A program made the position numbers and the translations under genes. The notes under the pieces were generated by a model that saw only the letters and a program-made list of their open reading frames with translations, was not told where the DNA came from and searched no databases. Of a stretch of DNA of 64,000 nt, positions 54,787 through 64,000 are shown one piece after another. This DNA comes from Octopus vulgaris (lineage: Eukaryota), in contig OX597831.1 in NCBI GenBank assembly GCA_951406725.2, positions 8,122,001-8,186,000 on the forward strand, in the 5' to 3' direction. Every line of letters begins with the position of its first letter. The stretch's first letter is position 1.

Positions 54787-55246
54787 ATGGTGGAAGTCAA
54801 CTTCTGACTGAGTAAGGCCACTTCTTAGAATCAAGAGTCCAAGAGATTGCTGTTTTGAATGGAAAGTGTTACACGGTACTGGATCCACTTTCCAGTAAGG
54901 TCAGCTCTAAAACCTGTGGCACAACTGAGGTTGAGATGACCAGAAACTAGCTGCACTTCAGAATTTGTTATGTGAGTTTACCTTCTCATAGAAGGAAGTT
55001 CTAACAAGAACTAGGGACCATTCACTGCCAGTTGTCTGTCTCCTGGTTAACCCTTAGATGGGACACTGATAAGTGCCACTACACCATGTTGCAGAAGATC
55101 TGAGAACAAATTGTGGCTAAGAGGTGGTTCCATGCTCTTCAAAACCCTGCAACTCCTGAACCAAGGCCCCACTACCAGATATAATTTAAAGTCGTACATG
55201 TACGTACATACATATATTTATAGGCATATATTTATATACATATTAC

Positions 55247-55357
55247 TTTTGATGTATTTTTCCTCTTCTTCAGCATTTAGATGAGTTTGTTTCATCCATC
55301 CGTATATGTTTTTGTAACCCTTTTGTACTTGTTTTCTTTTGGATATAGGAAAGACCC
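55247..55357 (-). CDS. Candidate 111-bp internal exon (phase 1-1), product unknown
   Basis: Minus strand: acceptor tttcactcttatttccgcag, donor gtaata. One open frame, VFPISKRKQVQKGYKNIYGWMKQTHLNAEEEEKYIK. No homology recognised. Confidence 0.3.
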
Positions 55358-56296
55358 CTGCGGAAATAAGAGTGAAATTATTATTATTGTTGTTGCGTCT
55401 TACTGTGATGTCTTTTATGGGTTCTGATAATTTTGGATATTTTAGAAGTTCAAAGTGAATGAAAAATTTTTTCTTCATTCGGATTATTTACAAACAAGAC
55501 ATTTTGAACACTTTTGGATTTTTATTTCATACTGAAATAAACAAACAAACTAAAAAAAAGGTTTGTTTTTCAACAATTTTTTTGTTTCATTTTGGAGATA
55601 TCTTTTTATTATTTTGCACCACAAACTTGGTGGCTGTAATATTGGTATCCACCCCCAACAAATAGACAAACAATGTTGTTATTCAGCCAAAAAAAAAAAA
55701 AAAAAGGAAAGAAAAATGGAAAGAATTGCCTCAGACAAAAGGATGTAAGTAGACTTTAATTCGACAAAGAGAAAAACATGATTTTTTAAGAGAAATCTGA
55801 ATGTTTTGAATAACATGGCTAACAAAAACAGCTACAACAACATTAATGTTCATAGTTTGCCAGCAAAAGTTTCAAAAGCGTTAATGACATAATATATAAG
55901 GTCAGTTTTGCCTGCATAGCGAGTCAAAGGGAGGCCTTGGATATGGAGAATTTCTTTAAAGGAAATAATTTTTCCAGTTTCTTTGGTATTGACTCTATTA
56001 TCATAGGGAATTGCAGAATCTTACACCATTTGTGTATTCTGTCGTTGTTGTTGTTCTTCTTATTATTAAGATGGTGAGGTAGCAGAATCGTTAGCCTTCC
56101 AGGCAAAATGCTTAGCAGCATTTCATCCATCTTTACATTCTGCATTAAAACTGCCAACGCCAACTTCTCCTTTCATCCTTTCACAGTTGATAAAGTGATT
56201 ACCAGTTGAGCACTGGGGTTGATATGATTGACTTACCCCCTCCCCAAAACTTGCTGGCCTTGTGCCAAAATTTGAGACCATCATAATTATTATTAT

Positions 56297-56524
56297 CCCC
56301 TTTTGACCAGGCTCCCGTTGGCTTTTATGGGTTTTTTTCCACCAGGAACCTTTCGAAGCGCCTCCCCCTATTGGGAGTTTTTCCTTGTTACAATCTTACG
56401 TTGTTAAACTGTTTTTGCACGATTTTTTCACAAACGGACAAAACCCTTTGTAACCTCTCGTCCTGTTTTGTCCCTTTATGTTTTCTAAGCATGTGTGTCA
56501 GCCCTTGTGGCCAATAAAAAAGAA
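56297..56524 (+). mobile_element. Probable LINE 3'-UTR fragment
   Basis: Between (TTA)n tracts. Its end GTCCTGTTTTGTCCC...AGCCCTTGTGGCCAATAAAAAAGAA resembles one tail variant of SINE family C. Confidence 0.45.
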
Positions 56525-56800
56525 TTAATTATTATTATTATTATTAAGGTGGTGAGCTGGCAGAGTCATTAGCATGCCAGGCGAAATGCTTAGCAGTATT
56601 TCGTTCATCATGTTCTAAGTTCAAATTCCACTGAGACTATCCTTACCTTTCATTCTTTTTGAGGTTGATAAATTAAGAACCAGTTGATGTAATCAAATAG
56701 CCCCCTTCCCCAAAATGTCAGGCCTTGTGCCTCCTGTAGAAAGGATTATTATTATTATTATTATTATTGAATCTCTCAATATTTTCCATAACGCTGTATA

Positions 56801-57200
56801 GGCGCAGGAGTGACTGTGTGGTAAGTAGCTTGCTAACCAACCTCATGGTTCCGGGTTCAGTCCCACTGCGTGGCATCTTGGGCAAGTGTCTTCTGCTATA
56901 GCCCCGGGCCGACCAATGCCTTGTGAGTGGATTTGGTAGACGGAAACTGAAAGAAGCCTGTCGTATATATGTATATATATATGTATGTGTGTGTGTTTAT
57001 GTGTCTGTGTTTGTTCCCACCGATGCTGGTGTGTTTACGGCCCCGTCACTTAGCGGTTCGGCAAAAAGAGACCGATAGAATAAGTACTGGGCTTACAAAA
57101 AGAATAAGTCCCGGGGTCGAGTTGCTCGATTAAAGGCGGTGCTCCAGCATGGCCGCAGTCAAATGACTGAAATAAGTAAAAGAGTAAAAGAGAGTAAGAG
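56801..57200 (+). mobile_element. tRNA-derived SINE family A, full-length young copy
   Basis: A-box-like GTGACTGTGTGGTAAG, B-box-like GGGTTCAGTCCC, CORE-like CTTGGGCAAGT, internal (TA/TG)n and an AGTAAAAG tail. CpGs are retained; many copies in the window. Confidence 0.85.
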
Positions 57201-57552
57201 TATCCCTGCACGAGTAGCTCATGTTCCATAGTTCATCTCCATCTCTGTAAGGCTTATTGCTCCTCTTCTCTTCTAATTGTGTAAAAAGCACCTTGTGTAT
57301 ATTAGCTTTTGGATGACATAATCCAAATGTGGTTGGTGTTGTTGTTGTTGTTTCTGTCTCCCTTTTTCCCCCTCAAATCCCATTAATCTTCAACTTTCTC
57401 ACACTGAAACTGTTATGCCACTGCAGCAACATCCAGAAAGTTGACAGCTTCAACCGTATTTTTAGCATTCGTTTCACTCTGGAATCATTTCAAGCTTCCA
57501 CTTTATTCTTTGGGGGATTTTTTTTAATTTCCTTTTGATATGTTGTAGCTGT

Positions 57553-57843
57553 TTCTTCTTCTTCTTCTTCTTCTTCTTCTTCTTCTTCTTCTTCTTCTTC
57601 TTCTTCTTCTTCTTCTTCTTCTTCTTCTTCTTCTTCTTCTTCTTCTTCTTCTTCTTCTTCTTCTTCTTCTTCTTCTTCTTCTTCTTCTTCTTCTTCTTCT
57701 TCTTCTTCTTCTTCTTCTTCTTCTTCTTCTTCTTCTTCTTCTTCTCCTTCTTCTCCTTCTTTCTTCTTCTTCTTCTTCTCTTTTCTTCTTCTTCTTCTTC
57801 TTCTTCTTCTTCTTCTTCTTCTTCTTCTTCTTCTTCTTCTTCT
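57553..57843. repeat. Long (TTC/GAA)n tract
   Basis: About 64 uninterrupted TTC units (57553-57745) plus an interrupted extension. Confidence 0.95.
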
Positions 57844-60763
57844 AAATCCCCCTCCTCCCCCTCCCCCTCCTCCTCCTCCAGGTGAATGACTGCACCTGTA
57901 CCTCTGACTTTTGTCTACAGTAGCAGTTGCAGTGGAGGTCTGCAGTGCTTACCTTGTTACAGACTGGGGCTCGGAACATCAGCTGGAAAAAAAAAAAAAA
58001 GACAGAGATTGATTCTGTTATCTCACAAATTGTTAGAACCATTTGACCTGCTAGAAATAACAGCCAACTCTCATTCAAATCACACCCTACTATTTCAATT
58101 AAATTCTTTTTTTTAATTATGAAGATATATGAAAATAACTTTGTCCTTATTTAAGTTGATCTTTCCTTTATGTTCTGAGTTCAAATTTCGCAGAGGTTGA
58201 CTTTGCCTTTCATCCTTTCAGGGTCGATAAATTAAGTACCAGTTACGTTTGTCTGTCCTTGTTTGTCCTCTCTGTGTTTAGCCCCTTGTGGGTAGTAAAG
58301 AAATAGGTATGAGATAGTGCAGGATTAGTTCGAAACAATGTGAATAAATAAGCATTAAATTTGGTAGAATAATCAGATTAATAAATGGTGAAAATATCAG
58401 GCCAACACATTAGGCAATGTCCAATGTTCACGGTGTTTATAACTGGAATGTATTTGACCACAGGCCTGCTGGGTGATCAGGGCTGACCTGGGCTTGGACA
58501 ACAACTTATCTGTTTGCTCTTTTCCTTCCACTGTTTTTACTTATGGTATTCTTCCTCTTTCCTTGGAATGAGACAGTTGGGTGTGGCTGTTTGGACGTGG
58601 ATGATTTGGCATGGCTGGCTGGCTGGACATTCAGCCTGGTATTTTTTGGCGCTGGAGGCAACAAGATTGACATAAACACTTTCTCTCTCTTCATTCAGAG
58701 AATACTGACACAGAAAGAGAGAGAGGGAGGGAAAGAGATAGTGGGAGGGACAGAGAGAAAGAGAAAGAGAGAGTGAGGGAGAGCATGGACATAGTTCAAT
58801 GACTGAAACATGTAAAAGATAAAAGGGTGAATCGGTCCTTTTGTACCTTCTTCTTTCTTGCAGTTCTCTTGTTGTCACTAAGTGTCTAAGGCATCACCAT
58901 CTTATCTGAAGTTCGGTGAATTTGGCTTCTTGCTACCCTCTTGCGTCATTGAGAAGTCTTCTGGTGGTTTCTTTCTTCTGTAAAAGACTTCAGCATTTGT
59001 TATCTATCTGTATTTGGTAAATCTTCATTATTTGTCTAAACAATCGCATCTGTGTAGCATTGATAAGGTTTTTGCACTCATTTGTTGCTGTTCCAACTCA
59101 CACCACAGCAGCAGCTGCCGTGTGTGTGTGTGTGTAATGCTATCTCTTTTACTTACTGGCTTGGTTTTGCCTCATTAGAAAGTGCTTCTGGTATATCTTT
59201 AAATCTCCAATTTCTCTGGCAGTGTTAAAGCTATACGGTTTCTATAGATTGGTTAAATTCTTTCCCAACTCTAATTCCCAGCCATCATTACGCTTTACAG
59301 CTCTCTGCAGTAAGCAGCATCACTCGCTTATTTTGGCTTTCACAACATTCATAGCAACTTCCTGGAGAGTCAAAGTCTGAATTGTAATGGTGACAATGTC
59401 TCTGCTCTATTCTGCTTTGAAACTGAACTGTTTTGTGCCTTATTTAGCATTTTATCCCAGAAATGTTGTAACCCCCCAACTGAACAAACTTATGATCCAA
59501 GGCCAAGCCTTCCAACCTTGATCATTCTGTCTTCTTTTTTCATTGCTTCGTATACCAGGGACTACATTATCCAATGTCTTCTATTCCTAGAAGTGTGTGA
59601 TTTAAGGGTGTATTGGTTGCTATTTCTAGCAGGCTGACATAGCTTACACAGAGGCTCGATTACCTCAATGCTCTTAGCTGCATTTATACCACACTTTATC
59701 CAGTGTTGTGTTCATTTCATGCTCCATTGAGTTATATATATTAGCTTTCCATGAGATCTTACTAATAAACTGTGATAGATTAAACATTTCTTTTGTTTCC
59801 TGCAACCACCAGTGAGCCTTTGACCTCCCACCACTGAACTATTGACCTCTCACCACTGAACTACTGCCCCCTCTCAATCTCAAACATCTCTGCAACATAT
59901 TTCTTTTACCAAACTGTGTAAGCATCCTTGCACTTATCTCAGTAATATTCCTTAATTCTCAGAACATTGATCTTTGCCTGATATTCCAAATAATATCAGC
60001 CAGAAACTCTTTCTTCTCTTTCTTTAGAGATCATTCTTCTTCTTCTTCTTCTCATTTCCTCCTCATTTCGTATCAATTTGTCCCGTTTTCCTGCAAAGGC
60101 AAACAACTGCAGAAATCAACAGGTCAATGACTGCAATTATTTTATTATCATTTGACTGGTTTCATTCTTTAGAACGTGACCATGCTGTGGCACTGCCTTC
60201 AACGATTTTAATCAATAGATATATATTACATGTCATCTTCAGCTGGAAAATATTTCAACATGATTAACTCACTATATTTCTGAGATTATTTATTGATGTT
60301 GCCATTAGAATTTTCCACTCAACCACTTGTATTTTTAGAGATGTAACACTTTTTTCCTTTTTCTGTGAGTATAGGTGCAAGCGTGGTGGTGTGGTAAGAA
60401 CTTTGTTTCCCAACCACATGGTTCTTGGTTCAGTCCCACTGTGTGGAACCTTGGGCAAGAGTCTTCTACTATAGCATTCGGCCAAACAATTTAGTAGATG
60501 GAAACAGAAAGAAACCTGTTGTCTATATATATGTGTGTGTGTTTCTTTTTGAGTATCTTTGTGCCTGTGTTGGTGTGTTTACATCCCCATAACACACATG
60601 CACACAAATATATGAGCTGATTTAATATCTTTCATCTTCCCTTTGTGTATCTCTTCTAATTTACAAAATGCACTCTAAGGCTTTTGTAATACTGTTGTAT
60701 TATGACAGCATAGGTGTAGTACATGTCAATCTCATAGCAGCTTACTTGAAAACATTGTCCTAC

Positions 60764-60800
<37 letters not shown>

Positions 60801-61500
60801 GTATTATATATATATATATAGGGAGAGTTTACGAAAAAACAAAAGACGAAGACAGGTGGTGTACAAAACAAACAGATGTATTAGTATAACGCTCAGGAAT
60901 AGAAAAAGTCATATATATATATATATATATATATAAATAATATATATATATATATGCATACACATACATATATGCATATACATACATATATACACGTTAT
61001 ATATGTGTGTGTGTGTATAGTATAAGTATACCTTTTACTAATGTGTATATTTATATATTATATATTAATGGTGTATAAATACTGAAAGCCCCCCCCCCCC
61101 CTCCAACCTTCCTGCCTGTGCTTTTGAAGAAATTCCTTTGTGATATTTATACAGACCTTCCCTTGTCATCTCTCCTTGTCAGATCTGCTGTGAATCTGTG
61201 ATTGACCTGTTGGAAATCTATAACCATGGAGCCTGTTGTTCTCTCTTTCTTGCTAGAAAATAAATCTTTCTCACCCATCCTAAATTTCTTTTCACACATC
61301 ATTTGTACAGCAGCAGCTCTGCTTCCTTCCTTACTCCTCTGTATTCATCTGAGCCAGTTAGCTGCATTCAATTCACTTATCACAAACATACCAGTTTCTT
61401 CTGTTCAGTGTCTGATAATGACAGCTTGCTGGTCTTGTTTTCGTGCAATTATGATTTCTTCTGCTGCTCTTGTTGCACTGCAAACACCACCAATGTTTTT

Positions 61501-61725
61501 TTAACTCTTTCGTTACTGTATTTATTTTGAGATGTTCTGTGTTTCTTTCAATTAATTTAAATATAACAAAGAATTTAGTAAAATAACTTATCATTCAGCT
61601 AGTGTTAGGAACATAAATTGTGACTAAGGTTTGGTGGAAGATTTGAATTCAAAACTTATGAAAACAAGACATTTGTACTACAGAGCCAGAGTCGGTTTCA
61701 GCCGGGTTGGTAACGAAAGGGTTAA
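61501..61725. mobile_element. TTAA-flanked (piggyBac-like) MITE, family 1
   Basis: TTAA-CTCTTTCGTTAC ... GTAACGAAAGGG-TTAA. Same body as 33862-34091. Confidence 0.85.
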
Positions 61726-61875
61726 TATTGTTTTTTTTTTTTTAAAGTCTGACTTCCTTGAGTCTCAACTTTTTATTTCAATTCAACTGACCCTACCCTT
61801 TTTTTTTTCTCTCTCCCTATAATTCTCATTGTCCATAAATGTTTCTTTCATTTCCCAGTTTCTTTTTATTTTTAA

Positions 61876-62270
61876 CTAGCAGTATCGCCCGGCGTTGCTC
61901 GGGTTTGTAAGGGAAATAACTACATAAGCATTTTTAGAGATGTAAAGTATAATAGCCATCTCAATATGGCTAACCACAAAGGGGGGTGGTGTTACTGTAG
62001 CTTTTTACGTTCTGAGATTTAATAATAAATTTTTAGAGAGTTACTTCCCTTATATATGCCAAAAATGCATTAAAAATGGGAAAAATTGATGGTAAATTTT
62101 TTTTTAAATCGTAGACTCATCGTAGATGCGTGCTAATACCCAGAAGGGCTCGATATGAATCACGACTATAAGATACCTGGTTTTGGTTAAGCTGCACCGC
62201 AAAATGTGGGAGTAGTTAGGAATCTAAATTGTAGGAGACAGACACACAACTTCACTTTTATATATAAAGA
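61876..62270 (-). mobile_element. Non-autonomous Helitron
   Basis: Minus strand: 5' A|TC, subterminal hairpin CCCGAGCAACGCCGGG, 3' CTAG|T. Inserted between A and T with no TSD. Confidence 0.85.
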
Positions 62271-62541
62271 TGTATCTTTGCTTAATTCTTCAACTACTGC
62301 ACTTTATTCCTAACCATTCCGACCCTTTTCTCTTTGCATCTTCTTTCTCTGCAATTGCACCTCCGCTTCCTTTTTTCTTTTCTGGCATAACCAAAACACA
62401 TGATACGCAGCTAGCCTCATTATGTATGCATTCTTTGCACCTAACACCCCACCTCTCTCTCTCTCTCAACATAGGCTCCATATATGGTCATCATGTTTTG
62501 GATATACATTTTTATCTAAACTTTCTGATCTTCATTACTCA

Positions 62542-62757
62542 TTAATCTTTAGTATTCAGATTAATCTGTCAAATTTCTTCATGTTGTTTCAAATTAATCA
62601 TGCATTATCTCGTAGATTTGAGATTTCAATGATGTGATTATTTATCTTTAAAATGACATTGTAGGGTAGGTGTGAGAGGCTGGATCTGGCTAGTTTGAGC
62701 ATAAAACAGGTAGAGTATTTGGCCTGGTTATGGATGGTTTAAATGCTGAAGGGTTAA
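62542..62757. mobile_element. TTAA-flanked MITE, family 2
   Basis: TTAATCTTTAGTATT...AATGCTGAAGGGTTAA. Homologous to 13432-13643 and a partial copy at ~45690-45828. Confidence 0.65.
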
Positions 62758-63180
62758 CATTAATATTCTAATCTTAAAACTGGAAACTCTCCATGTATTG
62801 GTAGTCAAAACTCTCCACACGCTGGTAATGCCTATTATCGTTTAACTTTAGACACATTTAAAAACTCATTTTTAAATATGCCATAATTAGTCATTTTGAA
62901 ATAGCTTTTCCGTGTTAATTTTCTTTATTCTCTCTAATTCCTTCCTACTTAATTACTTAGAACCCACACTGCTTGCCTTCCTTGCAACTCTATTATCCAG
63001 TAATTCTATCCTATTGCTTCACACCGTCTTTTCTCATTTCATTATCAACACTCGGCACTTTTTTTTAATCTTGCAACTTCATCTTAATGTACGATTTGCA
63101 CTGAAGAGTCTATTCCATCTTTGTTTATTGCAAACAGCTTTTACTCATCCATAAATACAGTGTTGTTACTAGTGCTGCTG

Positions 63181-63227
<47 letters not shown>

Positions 63228-64000
63228 ATGTACTACCTGTCTCACGTTACACACACACAGATATATGTTTCTAACCTTTCCTTGGCAGTAATGTTAAAAG
63301 CACCACCATTCATTACACAAAAAGCAAAAACGGTCGGAAGCTATCATCTTGGAAAATTCTATGATTAATCTCTGAATAATTCTGAAATATTCACCAGAAT
63401 TGTCTTCTTTATTTATTTATTTACTTATTTATTTTTTTACTCTTCTGCAGAAATTGATATTCTTTAACTATTTGAGCCAACAAGATGGCTTGGTTGCTCT
63501 TGCTGGCTAGAAATAGCAACCAAAATCTCCCTCTTGTCAGATGTCACCATCTTAAAAAGAGAATGACACATTTGAAAATGTAATCCAAGATAGGTTATGC
63601 CTTCAAAGAAAAGAAAAGGTGGGGGTTGTATTCAGAACACCTTTAACTATATATCTGCTTGCTTGATTAAGGCCAAGGTTGTTTTAGGGCAAAACAGCAA
63701 CAATAAACTCCTTAACTGGAAAATGGAAACTGAAAGAGTGGACAGTCCTTCTGTTCAGAATACTGGGAACTTCACTTGAAATAGCAATTTTGCTTTACTC
63801 TTTCTGTCGCCTCCTGTCCCCCCAATAATACAAGTCTTTCCAATGCAGGCCACCACCTCTCCTTCTGATTCCGATTTCATTTAATTCCTTGCTTGTTTAT
63901 TTTCTTATTTGTCTACTTCAAATCATATGGTTTCAGGTTCAGTCCCACTGCATGCACCTCGATCAAGTGTCTTCTGCTATAGACTCTGGCTGACCAAAGC

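Noticed and set aside
56801-56875. tRNA gene
   Set aside because: A/B boxes belong to the SINE head; no cloverleaf.
57535-57885. Poly-F/poly-S or poly-E coding repeat
   Set aside because: Minus-strand frames hit stops soon after the tract and no splice context was found.
59820-59863. 22-bp tandem duplication (also a 36-bp one at ~2900-2972)
   Set aside because: Ordinary two-copy slippage duplications with no spacers; not CRISPR-like.

Overview
AT-rich, microsatellite-dense, essentially non-coding eukaryotic DNA (intronic or intergenic). The repeat content resembles my recollection of an octopus (coleoid cephalopod) genome; this is an inference. No intact protein-coding gene is evident, and almost all listed ORFs are microsatellite or SINE artefacts. 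Recognisable parts: a decayed R4/Dong-type non-LTR retrotransposon sitting in (TAA)n, four modular SINE families in many copies, TTAA/piggyBac-, hAT- and pogo-like MITEs, two non-autonomous Helitrons, and a few weak minus-strand exon candidates. The most notable signal, invisible in the ORF track, is five type I hammerhead-ribozyme-like motifs with palindromic helix III. Three lie inside apparently unrelated 348-492 bp units bounded by 43-54 bp direct repeats (retrozyme or Penelope pseudo-LTR-like monomers). Two lie at the apex of fold-back palindromes between (TA)n tracts. All five deviate from the ideal consensus, so activity is unproven.
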